Assembly: GCA_025774555.1 (NCBI GenBank)
Contig: JALGVT010000005.1
Span: 382-64,381 of the forward strand
Length of the DNA: 64,000 nucleotides
Reading direction: 5' to 3'
From: a candidate division LCP-89 bacterium
GTDB lineage: Bacteria; Electryoneota; B3-LCP
The translations under genes and the position numbers were made by a program. How positions within the stretch are numbered: position 1 is the stretch's first letter; every line of letters begins with the position of its first letter. The notes under the pieces are model-generated. The model saw nothing but the letters and a program-made list of their open reading frames with translations. It was not told where the DNA came from and did not search any database. Positions 9,953 to 18,740 of the stretch are shown here, in pieces.

Positions 9953-11953
9953 ATGAAGAAGAACATCCTGATTATCATTTTATTGGCGGGGGCGCTAGTC
10001 CGTATCTTCTATCTCGCCAGTATATGGAATACGCCTTTAGCAAACGTCCCCATTATCGACTCTGAATACTACCACACCTGGGCAGCCGCAATGGCGTCAG
10101 GAGTAAGTGGGGTTGAGGGTGTTTTCTTCATGAGTCCGCTCTATCCATATTTTCTCAGTTTGCTCTATAATCTATTCGGAGCAGTTCCGCATGTTGCGCT
10201 GATCTCGCATCTTATAATCGGTGTTCTACTTATCTTCCTCGTATATCTTCTCGGTAGAAGGATGTTTTCAGAGAATGCGGGTCTAATCAGCGCATTTCTC
10301 TGCGCTTTTTACATGCCGTTTATTTATTATGAAGGTATGATTTTAAGCGCCACACTTATTTTAGCCATCAATGCGTTAGTGCTCCTGCTCTTATTAAATC
10401 CAAATAAGGCAGTATGGCGGGAAATAGCCACCGGTTTTTTAATCGGTTTATCGGCTATGGCGAGACCGAATATACTGCTGTTTGCATTGCTGCTGATATT
10501 ATTTTATCTACTCTATCCTGCAAAGAGGGACTTACGGCGTGTGCTTCTTCTTTCAGTCGGTATAGCGATCATTCTAATCCCCATTGGGTATAGAAATCAC
10601 AGGATTGGCGGTGAGTGGATCTGGACTACGACGGGCGTTGGAATGAATTTTTACGCCGGTAATAATCCATCAGCCGAGGGAATATATTGGGAGGCGCCTT
10701 TTCTTCATTCAGCAGAGCCTCAATACGAGAATGAAGATTATCGAATGCAAGCCTCGCTGAATACAGGTCGTGAAATGACCGTTAATGAAGCATCTAAGTA
10801 TTGGCTCACGCGGGGAATTTCCTATATTTACAACCAGCCTGGCTCATATTTAAGGCTGTTATTAAAAAAATCCTTTCTCTTCTTTCATAATACGGAAATA
10901 CCTAATAATTTGAGCATCTACGCTGCTTTGGAGTTCAGTTCTGTCTTGCGACTGATTCCCTTCACTTTTGCGTTAATTGCTCCTATAGCTTTTGCAGGCT
11001 GGCTGTTTTTTAGAAGAAAATCGGGAATTGAAATAGTTCATCTCTATGGATTGAGTTATTTTACAGCGACTCTTTTCTTCTTTGCGGCATCGGAATATCG
11101 GTTGCCGATAGTTATCGTTCTGCTGCCTTTTGCTGGAAAGTTGCTGACCCAGTTAGTTAGTTACTTGAAGAATACAGAATGGGCTGCTATATTGAGGACT
11201 GTTTTATATGTGGTCGTTTTTGCTATCCCAATAAATATGCCCACCGGCTTCACGAAAAACCTTCAATCCAGCCGCATGGATTACTATAACCTTGGCAGCG
11301 TGCTGGAAAAACAGATGCGCTTTGAAGAGGCGTCTGAGATGCTGCAGCGTTCGCTCTTAATTGACCCGAGCTTTATTGAAGCGCATCGTGCTCTGGGGGA
11401 TTCCTATCATGCTTTAGGCATGCGCCAAGAAGCAGCCAGGGAATTTTCACTCGCAGGGGTGGATCCGAAACCGGAACTTTTGTTACTCGATGCCGAAGAG
11501 CAGATATTTGAAGCGCATTCTAAAGCAATGATGGGAGACTTAACGGGCGCGCTCAAAGCCTACGGGGAAGCAGTAGCAGCGCATCCTGATCCACCCGCAT
11601 ATGCATATTATAACATGGCTTATCTGGCGCTGCAATTGGGGGATACCCTCAGAGCAATGGATGAGATAAACATAGCCGCAGAAATTGAACCAGATGAACC
11701 GCAGATAGAATATCTAATCGGCTGGATTAACGAATGCAGGAATATGTGGAAGGAAGCGAACGATCATTATCTTTTCGCATTGCAGAAAAGACCGAACTTT
11801 CATAAGGCGCGCATTCAAAGCGCGAGGATGTACATTAGAATGGGAAATGCGGAGAAAGCTGCTGTAATGATAGAGCCTCTAATCGGAGTTCAACTTGATA
11901 ATGAGGAGATGTATAACGAAGTATTAGAAATTGCACGTGAGGTCGGGTACTAA
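9953..11953 (+). CDS. Glycosyltransferase family 39 (ArnT/PMT-like) membrane protein with C-terminal TPR repeats
   Basis: Start at the ATG at 9953 (MKKNILIIILLAGALV). The ORF-track start at 9848 overlaps the upstream terminator. More than ten hydrophobic helices typical of GT-C/GT39, then TPR repeats (..EASEMLQRSLLIDPSFIEAHRALGDSY..). Confidence 0.7.
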   Translation: MKKNILIIILLAGALVRIFYLASIWNTPLANVPIIDSEYYHTWAAAMASGVSGVEGVFFMSPLYPYFLSLLYNLFGAVPHVALISHLIIGVLLIFLVYLLGRRMFSENAGLISAFLCAFYMPFIYYEGMILSATLILAINALVLLLLLNPNKAVWREIATGFLIGLSAMARPNILLFALLLILFYLLYPAKRDLRRVLLLSVGIAIILIPIGYRNHRIGGEWIWTTTGVGMNFYAGNNPSAEGIYWEAPFLHSAEPQYENEDYRMQASLNTGREMTVNEASKYWLTRGISYIYNQPGSYLRLLLKKSFLFFHNTEIPNNLSIYAALEFSSVLRLIPFTFALIAPIAFAGWLFFRRKSGIEIVHLYGLSYFTATLFFFAASEYRLPIVIVLLPFAGKLLTQLVSYLKNTEWAAILRTVLYVVVFAIPINMPTGFTKNLQSSRMDYYNLGSVLEKQMRFEEASEMLQRSLLIDPSFIEAHRALGDSYHALGMRQEAAREFSLAGVDPKPELLLLDAEEQIFEAHSKAMMGDLTGALKAYGEAVAAHPDPPAYAYYNMAYLALQLGDTLRAMDEINIAAEIEPDEPQIEYLIGWINECRNMWKEANDHYLFALQKRPNFHKARIQSARMYIRMGNAEKAAVMIEPLIGVQLDNEEMYNEVLEIAREVGY

Positions 11954-12083
11954 GTCTGTTGGATCAATCGCATATCACTATAGCGATAAGACTTAAGGGC
12001 TGGAATCCATAATAAAAGCGTTGACATTGCTGTTTTTACGCTTTACGTTATTTTATTATGCACGACCGCTTGTCCATGATATT

Positions 12084-13079
12084 ATGAAAATTCCCGATAC
12101 AGAGAGCGAAAATAAAAAGATGCAGGAACTCTATGAGCTAAGCGTCCAGCGGATAGCTCGATCTAGCACTACCGTCCTGATTAGCGGCGAAAGCGGCACG
12201 GGCAAGGAACGCATGGCTAATCTCCTGCAATATCACAGTCCAAGAAGTGACAAACCATATATAAAAGTCAATTGTGCCGCGCTGCCGGAAAGCGTATTAG
12301 AAAGTGAACTGTTCGGACATGAGAAGGGGGCGTTCACCGGCGCTGAAAGTCGTAGGATAGGCAGATTTGAGGCGGCGCACACGGGCACTATTTTCTTAGA
12401 TGAAATTGCCGATCTAACCCTCAATGTACAGTCGAAACTTCTTCGAGTTATTCAGGAAAGAGAGATTGAGCGTGTCGGCGGGACAAAAACGATAGGTATC
12501 GACGTCCGCATTATCGCCGCCACAAACAAAACGTTAAGTCAGGAAGTCAGTGAGGGACGGTTCCGCGAAGATCTTTATTACCGCTTGAATGTCATCGCGA
12601 TTGAAATCCCGGCGCTACGCGACCGCCCGGAAGATATCCTTCCTTTAACAGACAAATTTATCAATAAATTCTGCGAACAAAACCAGCGCGATCTAATCAG
12701 TCTCAGTACTGAGGCAGCCGAACTGTTTCAGAAGTATAAGTGGCTCGGCAATGTTCGAGAGCTGGAAAACATCATTGAAAGACTGACAGTTCTGCTCCCT
12801 AGGAATATAGTAACTCCGGACGTTCTTCCACCAGAATTAACCTCCGTCGGGAATTTGAATTCAGTCCATAGAGTGGAAATAGAAGGTAAAACTCTTCGCG
12901 AAGCGAAAGCCGATTTTGAAAAACAGGTAATCGAGGATACATTGGCAAAGTGCAAGGGGAACGTATCCGCTTCATCATCTATGCTGGGTATTGCCAGAAA
13001 AAACCTTCAGGGCAAAATAAAGAGTTATGGAATTGAGGTAGATCGATTCCGTGGTGGCAATACCGACACTGAAGCTTGA
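12084..13079 (+). CDS. Sigma-54-dependent transcriptional activator lacking an N-terminal regulatory domain (AAA+ core plus Fis-type HTH only)
   Basis: Walker A GESGTGKE, the sigma-54 contact motif GAFTGA (GHEKGAFTGA), Walker B IFLDEIADL, arginine-finger region, C-terminal HTH (..KGNVSASSSMLGIARKNLQGKI..). The AAA+ domain begins within about 35 residues of the first Met, so there is no receiver or GAF/PAS domain. Start chosen at the MKIPDTE Met; 12021 is also possible. Confidence 0.85.
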   Translation: MKIPDTESENKKMQELYELSVQRIARSSTTVLISGESGTGKERMANLLQYHSPRSDKPYIKVNCAALPESVLESELFGHEKGAFTGAESRRIGRFEAAHTGTIFLDEIADLTLNVQSKLLRVIQEREIERVGGTKTIGIDVRIIAATNKTLSQEVSEGRFREDLYYRLNVIAIEIPALRDRPEDILPLTDKFINKFCEQNQRDLISLSTEAAELFQKYKWLGNVRELENIIERLTVLLPRNIVTPDVLPPELTSVGNLNSVHRVEIEGKTLREAKADFEKQVIEDTLAKCKGNVSASSSMLGIARKNLQGKIKSYGIEVDRFRGGNTDTEA

Positions 13080-13142
13080 CCAACTCCTACCTTCTGATAA
13101 CTCCAAATAAACATATAATTACACCTAATCTATAATTTCGCT

Positions 13143-13156
13143 GGAACAAAGAATGC
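13143..13156 (+). promoter_or_regulatory. Candidate sigma-54 -24/-12 element (TGGAAC-N5-ATGCC)
   Basis: GG and GC separated by exactly 10 nt. About 190 bp upstream of the small ORF at 13347. A second overlapping candidate GG-N10-GC (AAGGGG..TTTGCC) lies at 13165-13178. Confidence 0.25.
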
Positions 13157-13346
13157 CACCTAAAGGGGACAACTTTGCCTTATATGTAACCTTTTCGTTA
13201 CACTTAACAGCGGGTATATTCGTGTATATAATCTATAAATATAGCTATATCTGTATAATATACAATATGATATGGAAGTAAAGTGATTTTTTAACAAGTT
13301 TGGCAAAGACTTTGCATTACTATCAGCAAAAGCGGAAAGTAAAATT

Positions 13347-13601
13347 ATGAACAAGATCAATCCATTACAGAAGATTGCCGGTTTACCTGAAGACAGGCAA
13401 AGCGATAAACCTAAAGATTCGAAGATAGATTCCAATAAGATATCAAGCGAATCTGTGCATGTGGAAATATCACCGAAAGCCCGGATGGTTCAACAAGCTG
13501 ATGCAGCCCAGAAAACAAATTCTGGGGTTTCCGCAGAGGATACATATCGCGTGGGTGACCAGTGGTATCTGAACGGATACCTTCTAAAAGAAGCGGATTG
13601 A
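13347..13601 (+). CDS. Hypothetical small protein (84 aa)
   Basis: Intact ORF in the operon-like cluster downstream of the sigma-54 activator. No recognisable domain. Confidence 0.4.
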   Translation: MNKINPLQKIAGLPEDRQSDKPKDSKIDSNKISSESVHVEISPKARMVQQADAAQKTNSGVSAEDTYRVGDQWYLNGYLLKEAD

Positions 13602-13617
13602 TAACAATAAGCAGTGG

Positions 13618-13656
13618 AGCCGGAGTGGCAACTCCGGCTTCACTATGTGCCTTTTT
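13618..13656 (+). terminator. Possible rho-independent terminator
   Basis: 9-bp stem AGCCGGAGT / ACTCCGGCT with loop GGCA. A T-run (CCTTTTT) follows, but 11 nt downstream. Confidence 0.4.
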
Positions 13657-13745
13657 GCTGTAAGGCTAATTTGTAAGCCAACACCTTCTTGATCCAAGTC
13701 ATGTTGGCGACATGACGTTCAGATTAACAGTGGTTGAATCGCATT

Positions 13746-13767
13746 TTGAATTCCCGAAAAGGGAATC
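13746..13767 (+). promoter_or_regulatory. Inverted repeat GAATTCCC-N5-GGGAATCC (candidate activator-binding site / UAS)
   Basis: 8-bp imperfect palindrome with a 5-nt spacer, about 20 bp upstream of a sigma-54-like -24/-12 element. Confidence 0.3.
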
Positions 13768-13784
13768 CTTGTGGTTGTCAGTGC

Positions 13785-13800
13785 TGGACCTTTGTTGGCT
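13785..13800 (+). promoter_or_regulatory. Candidate sigma-54 promoter (TGGACC-N5-TTGGCT)
   Basis: GG (13786-87) and GC (13798-99) separated by 10 nt. Lies 46 bp upstream of the ATG at 13846. Confidence 0.35.
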
Positions 13801-13845
13801 CTAACTTTATAATCGGCAGGATTCTTTAAAACTTTAGTTGTGAAC

Positions 13846-15111
13846 ATGAATATTTCCTGGCTAAATTCCAATCCTCACATCAGTTCGTTCTTGGACAGGC
13901 ATATTTCTTCTGCTCGTGTCCTCGGCGGTTCTGCTGAAAGCGAGGAGGAATTTAAGTCGAGCATTCGAGACAGCAGGAATGCAGGAACGTTTCGCGGCAT
14001 AAACAGTTTCTTTGCAAGCCCATTTGAAATTAGTAAATTAAACAATTTCAAGGGAATGAAGGAAAACGTTCATAACAAACAGTTAAAACCGCCGTTTGCG
14101 CCGCCTTCTGAAAAATTACTTCATGCCAGATCAGATAGTGTTGAGAAGAAACTCGAGGTCACAAGCCGGATCAGAGAGGAAGATCAGGTTCTTCTCACTA
14201 AAAACAAGTCGTTGGCGGAATTAATAAGTAATGATACTGAACTGCGGGATGCATTCATCAATGGTGACTATGCAGACGTTAAGGAGAAGTTGTCCTTAGC
14301 TGCAAAGGAGAAACTTGGCTGGAATCCGAACATCACACAGAAATTCCTTGAAGAGCACCCTGATGAAGCAGCCATAATCACAGCAGATTTGGGCAATGTG
14401 TCGAACTTGTTGTCTGAAAAGGATTTGGCAGATGCGCTGACAAGCGATGTTCTTGACAGGTTGGAGAACGAGGTATTTGGGCGGCTTTCTGAAAAAGCTG
14501 CTAATCTTTTTTCCGATGCTCCGAAATTGAATGAAGAATTCTTCAATGAAAATCCCAAAGCTGCTTTATATCTGTTGAAACATCCTGAAGAGATAAATCG
14601 ATTAGACTCAAATCGAATTGCTCAGGACGAATTTCACGATCACGTCGCGCTATATGAAAATCTGGTAGATCCGGTGGCTGAAGCAAAGAAATTGGCGGAC
14701 GGAAACGTTGCATTGGGTAATGATTTCTGGGATGGTAATCCCGAGCTATCGCTGATAATGATGGCTGAAAGGGCAGTTGATTTAAGTAGCGAAATGCAGA
14801 AGAGCGCACTCGATTTTCCGAAGGAGAATTACGAAAAGAGCACACTGTATGAACTTCTTTCTCACGATCAAGCAAAAAGAGCCAAAAAGCTGCTGGGTGA
14901 TAATTCAACGCTCAGCTTAAGTTTTCTTGAAGAGCATAGCGGTTTTTCACGTTTGCTAAATGAAGATCCCGATTTTGCTGAGACATTAAATGAGGATTCA
15001 GGTGTTTCTGAACTATTTCAAGACAATGACAGCAAGACAGCTCGCATATTACGATCGTATGTTTCTGGACTACCAGGCAGAGATCGTTCTTCCTGGCACT
15101 GGTGGGCTTGA
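13846..15111 (+). CDS. Hypothetical acidic protein with internal F-x-E-E-H-P / F-x-N-E-N-P repeats
   Basis: Long ORF. The ORF-track start at 13840 is a GTG; the ATG at 13846 is preferred. Asp/Glu-rich. Repeated motifs FLEEHPDEAA, FFNENPKAALYLLKHPEE, FWDGNPELSL, FLEEHSGF. No match to a family I recognise. Confidence 0.5.
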   Translation: MNISWLNSNPHISSFLDRHISSARVLGGSAESEEEFKSSIRDSRNAGTFRGINSFFASPFEISKLNNFKGMKENVHNKQLKPPFAPPSEKLLHARSDSVEKKLEVTSRIREEDQVLLTKNKSLAELISNDTELRDAFINGDYADVKEKLSLAAKEKLGWNPNITQKFLEEHPDEAAIITADLGNVSNLLSEKDLADALTSDVLDRLENEVFGRLSEKAANLFSDAPKLNEEFFNENPKAALYLLKHPEEINRLDSNRIAQDEFHDHVALYENLVDPVAEAKKLADGNVALGNDFWDGNPELSLIMMAERAVDLSSEMQKSALDFPKENYEKSTLYELLSHDQAKRAKKLLGDNSTLSLSFLEEHSGFSRLLNEDPDFAETLNEDSGVSELFQDNDSKTARILRSYVSGLPGRDRSSWHWWA

Positions 15112-15113
15112 TA

Positions 15114-15530
15114 ATGAAGAATGAATTGATAAAACTCACAGCAGATAAAGTGACGATTTCTGAGCAGGGCAGAGCGGCTGCTCACAAATGGAAACCCGGC
15201 GATAAGCCGTTTGTGCAGTTTATAGCTGAGAGCGAAGAGCAGTTTGACAAAACTGAGCGAGTTAAAGACGATCAGGCTTGGTGGAGTGTTGATCCCGTTA
15301 AAGGAATTGATGAAAATGATCGTGATGCCAATCTCCCTGCTGATAAAAGAAAAGCAGGAATAGTTACTGCCGACAAGAAATTGACGTTGGATATTGGCAG
15401 CCGTCTGGAAATAGAGAACCTTCAAAACTTACGCGGACTAATTATCAGGAGCACTACGAAAGTTAATATGAGTAATGGAGACCCCACCTGTGAAACGAAC
15501 TGGGAGGTATTCCCAGAAGATTTGAAATAG
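15114..15530 (+). CDS. Hypothetical protein (about 138 aa)
   Basis: ATG 3 nt after the upstream stop, which suggests translational coupling. No recognisable domain. Confidence 0.45.
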   Translation: MKNELIKLTADKVTISEQGRAAAHKWKPGDKPFVQFIAESEEQFDKTERVKDDQAWWSVDPVKGIDENDRDANLPADKRKAGIVTADKKLTLDIGSRLEIENLQNLRGLIIRSTTKVNMSNGDPTCETNWEVFPEDLK

Positions 15531-15555
15531 ATTTGTTGATGAGAAGGGCTAAGAT

Positions 15556-15750
15556 ATGAGTATAAGCATAAAAAATCCTATTCAGGTGCAGGACCAGTTC
15601 CGACCTACAGGATCAAAGATGAAGTTAGATGAGTTTTTCAACCCGCTAAGCGAATCTTTGCAACGGATAGGAGAGATACGCGAAGAGAGAAGGGGCGAAA
15701 ACTTATCGATGCCTGATGAACAATATAAGCGAATAGATATTAAAGTGTAA
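15556..15750 (+). CDS. Hypothetical small protein (64 aa)
   Basis: AAGGG ribosome-binding site upstream (aagggctaagatATG). Part of the same-strand cluster. Confidence 0.35.
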   Translation: MSISIKNPIQVQDQFRPTGSKMKLDEFFNPLSESLQRIGEIREERRGENLSMPDEQYKRIDIKV

Positions 15751-15770
15751 GGAGGATATTATGGCTGATG

Positions 15771-15920
15771 GTATTGAAAAAATAGGGAACAATCATCCAC
15801 CACCGGAAGCAAGACGCTCCAACGTGGAAGATAAGTACAGAGAATTAGAAGAACTTGACAGACGTCGAGAAACGCTAGCCGAAGAGGGTAAAGGCGAGAC
15901 TATCGACGTGTACGCATAAA
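15771..15920 (+). CDS. Hypothetical small protein (49 aa), absent from the ORF track
   Basis: Perfect Shine-Dalgarno AAGGAGG 7 nt upstream of the ATG (aaggaggatattATGgctgat). Product MADGIEKIGNNHPPPEARR..TIDVYA. Confidence 0.3.
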
Positions 15921-15956
15921 ACAATGTAATACCAATAAAAAAAGCAGGGGGTTATT

Positions 15957-16298
15957 ATGGTAGATCAGACAAGGTTGCCAGGGTATATCGCTGGTAAATT
16001 GACAAACCAGCTGCAGAATGCTCAGAACGCTGCACAGCGCGAAAAATTGATGGATGAAATCGCCAATTCACAGCAGGTGGAGCATCTGAAGGAGGTCGTA
16101 AATCCTGACAGACTCAGTGAGAAAATGCAGAGTGTTACAAAGAATGAGAGAATCCAGGATTTCGTGCATATCTCACCCGAAGGCAGGGAAAAGCAGCAAG
16201 CTCAGGAAACTACCCAGACCAATCCGCAAGGACCGGGGAGCGAATCAAATCCGCATCCCGAACTGGGCGCTCTCGGCAATCTAAATCCGGAGGCATAA
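15957..16298 (+). CDS. Hypothetical protein (113 aa), Gln-rich
   Basis: GGGGG ribosome-binding site upstream. Ends 6 bp before hemW. Confidence 0.45.
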   Translation: MVDQTRLPGYIAGKLTNQLQNAQNAAQREKLMDEIANSQQVEHLKEVVNPDRLSEKMQSVTKNERIQDFVHISPEGREKQQAQETTQTNPQGPGSESNPHPELGALGNLNPEA

Positions 16299-16304
16299 TA
16301 TAAT

Positions 16305-17444
16305 TTGTTAGACCCGATAAGCCTCTACGTTCACGTTCCGTTCTGTCAACGGCGCTGTCCTTACTGTGCTTTCTATTCAGTTGAAAGCGCCCGCGAAGAG
16401 GAAATCACAAGCTACCCGCGTCTACTCCTTAAAGAATTGCAATTGATAAAGGAGTCCTGGCGCGGGTCTTCAATTGGGACTATATACTTCGGTGGCGGAA
16501 CGCCCTCAATTCTGCCGCCCAGCCTGGTAGAGAGTGTAATTAGCGCAGCTAAAGAAGCATTTCAGTTTGAAGATGATATAGAAGTGACTCTGGAATGCAA
16601 TCCGGGCACAGTCGATGCTGGCAAGATTGAAGCCTTCATATCTGCGGGAATCAATCGTCTGAGTATCGGCATTCAAGCGCTCAATGATGATAGACTTGGA
16701 TTTCTGGGACGGATTCATGATATGAATCAAGCAGTGGAGACGTTGAAAATAGCGACTGAAGCAGCTGGAGTCGATGTTTCAGCAGATCTCATGGCAGGTA
16801 CGCCTCTGGATACCAGAGAGAGCTGGTATAGAGAACTAGAAAAGCTCTTACCGTTTCGTCCCGATTCATTGTCCTTTTACAGTTTAACCGTCGAAGAAGG
16901 CACAGATCTGGCGTTACGATTAGAAAAAAACGAGAAAATATGCCTTGGATCAGACGAAGTAGTTGATCTGATGATGTATATCGGAGATCGATTGGCAGAC
17001 GCAGGATACCGTCACTACGAAGTGTCAAACTGGGCTTTGCCCGGACATGAATGCCGCCATAATTTGCATTATTGGCGGCGCGGAAGATATATCGGTTTAG
17101 GTCCATCGGCACACTCATTCGATGGAAAACGGCGCAGTTGGAATAAGCCGGATGTTACAAGCTATAGAGAAGCGCTGAATAATGGGAATCTCCCGCCGTC
17201 TGAATATGAAGTCTTGAGTGATGCAGAGGTGATGTCCGAGTGGGTTTATTTAGCGCTGCGAGTCGCTGATGGGCTTGATTTTGGAGAGTATCAGGAAATG
17301 TTCGGAGAAGTACCCTCGAGTTGGAAATCGTTACTTGAGAAAACTGCTGCATCAGGATACGGCGATTTCGATGGAGTGAGATTTAAACCAAACGACAGGG
17401 GTTTGCTGTTAGCGGATGAAATATCGGCGAGGATACTTGGATAG
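16305..17444 (+). CDS. hemW: Radical SAM heme chaperone HemW (HemN-like, oxygen-independent coproporphyrinogen III oxidase family)
   Basis: N-terminal radical SAM motif HVPFCQRRCPYCAFY (CxxxCxxC), GGGTPS motif, HemN C-terminal domain. Confidence 0.85.
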   Translation: MLDPISLYVHVPFCQRRCPYCAFYSVESAREEEITSYPRLLLKELQLIKESWRGSSIGTIYFGGGTPSILPPSLVESVISAAKEAFQFEDDIEVTLECNPGTVDAGKIEAFISAGINRLSIGIQALNDDRLGFLGRIHDMNQAVETLKIATEAAGVDVSADLMAGTPLDTRESWYRELEKLLPFRPDSLSFYSLTVEEGTDLALRLEKNEKICLGSDEVVDLMMYIGDRLADAGYRHYEVSNWALPGHECRHNLHYWRRGRYIGLGPSAHSFDGKRRSWNKPDVTSYREALNNGNLPPSEYEVLSDAEVMSEWVYLALRVADGLDFGEYQEMFGEVPSSWKSLLEKTAASGYGDFDGVRFKPNDRGLLLADEISARILG

Positions 17445-17447
17445 AAA

Positions 17448-17478
17448 AGGCAGGCGCTTACGCCTGCCTTTTCTGTTT
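17448..17478. terminator. Bidirectional rho-independent terminator between the convergent hemW and TPR-SLH genes
   Basis: AAAAGGCAGGCG-CTTA-CGCCTGCCTTTTCTGTTT: 9-bp GC-rich stem, A-tract on the 5' side and T-tract on the 3' side. Confidence 0.75.
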
Positions 17479-17493
17479 AAACTCTATTTTAGC

Positions 17494-18693
17494 TTACCAT
17501 TTCAGGGCGTTCATGATATCACGAACAAACAGCAGAGCATCCGGACCTGAGACATTTTCAGATGGTCGAAAATATCCCGTCATTTTATCCAGATCCATGA
17601 TATTGCGCTCGACAGCGAGCATGGCAGCGCCATAGAACGGATGATCGGTTCGCATGTCGCGAATATGCGACTCTTTTTCGCCTATATATTTTGAGAAGAT
17701 ACTTTCGTCGCGCGTTACCATGTAGATAAGTCGCTGCACCGCGCCGGCGAATTCGATTCTGGTTACAGGGTCATCCGGATAGTATTTATGATCCTGAGCT
17801 ATTTCGAAAATACCGGTGGCTACGAAATCACGTATCATTGATTCCGCCCAGTGACCGTCTATATCGAGAATTTCATTTCGATCTGGACCAGTTGCAGACG
17901 TCTGGAATTCAAGAGGATCCTCAGCCTTGAATGACAGGTCAGGAGCAGTGCTCCCGGCTTCGCGCCTCTCAATTCTTTCCACGACGTTCAATTCTTCAAT
18001 GAACAGGACAGCCATGTCTGCGCGGTTGATTTCATCGACGAGAGCAATTTTCTTACCCCACTTCGTGCCAGGTTGAGCCCGCACGATCTTGTGGACGCTC
18101 TCCATGGCTTCACCAGCTTTTTCAGACCATAAGCCGTTGATGTCGATGGCATTTCTAAGCATATCCTCTGAGCTTCTGAAACTGAAAGCCTGTTTGTATG
18201 CCAGACCCATGTAGTAATATGCTTCATCGCTGCGCGGATCGATCTTCAATGCTTTGCTCAAGCCTTTTTCACAATCCTTGATCCAGTTATCATCTTTCTG
18301 CATAATCGCATAGCAACGGATGTATGCAATCCAGACGCGGATATCTGAATCATCCAATCCCTTGGCATCGCCCAGGTGATCTTCAGCGCTTTTAAAATAT
18401 TCTTTCCGTATCTTGGATTTCGGATCTTTTATCTCTGATCCCAGTGCCGCATAGACCATACTCAAACCCGCATGAGCTGGAGCGAAATCCTTGTCGAGCA
18501 GCAGGGCATCTTTAAAGCGTGCTTCAGCCGCATCTAGATCGCCCGCATCGAACTTGCGAATACCCTGGTTGTAATGCGATTCGGGTGTATCCAGCAGCCC
18601 TTCTGCGGCACGTTGTTTAGGTCCGCAGCCGTTTATACAGAAAACTGCCGCGATAAAGGTTATCGTTAAAATAACGGGAATTATTCTTTTCAT
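17494..18693 (-). CDS. Lipoprotein with N-terminal TPR repeats and C-terminal SLH-like (S-layer homology) domains
   Basis: Start at the Met with GGAGGA upstream (MKRIIPVILTITFIAAVFCINGCGPKQ: lipobox with Cys). TPR region. The C-terminus matches the SLH pattern (..ILDIDGHWAESMIRDFVATGIFE..DPVTRIEFAGAVQRLI..). Confidence 0.6.
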   Translation of the reverse strand: MKRIIPVILTITFIAAVFCINGCGPKQRAAEGLLDTPESHYNQGIRKFDAGDLDAAEARFKDALLLDKDFAPAHAGLSMVYAALGSEIKDPKSKIRKEYFKSAEDHLGDAKGLDDSDIRVWIAYIRCYAIMQKDDNWIKDCEKGLSKALKIDPRSDEAYYYMGLAYKQAFSFRSSEDMLRNAIDINGLWSEKAGEAMESVHKIVRAQPGTKWGKKIALVDEINRADMAVLFIEELNVVERIERREAGSTAPDLSFKAEDPLEFQTSATGPDRNEILDIDGHWAESMIRDFVATGIFEIAQDHKYYPDDPVTRIEFAGAVQRLIYMVTRDESIFSKYIGEKESHIRDMRTDHPFYGAAMLAVERNIMDLDKMTGYFRPSENVSGPDALLFVRDIMNALKW

Positions 18694-18740
18694 ATACTCC
18701 TCCAATTGCAAATAAGCAATTAATTAAGCAGAATTACGGT

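Noticed and set aside
11951-11994. Hairpin TAAGTCT...AGACTTA with inner ATCGC/GCGAT palindrome after the GT39 gene
   Set aside because: It could be a terminator, but there is no T-tract and the stem is interrupted. Kept only as a note.
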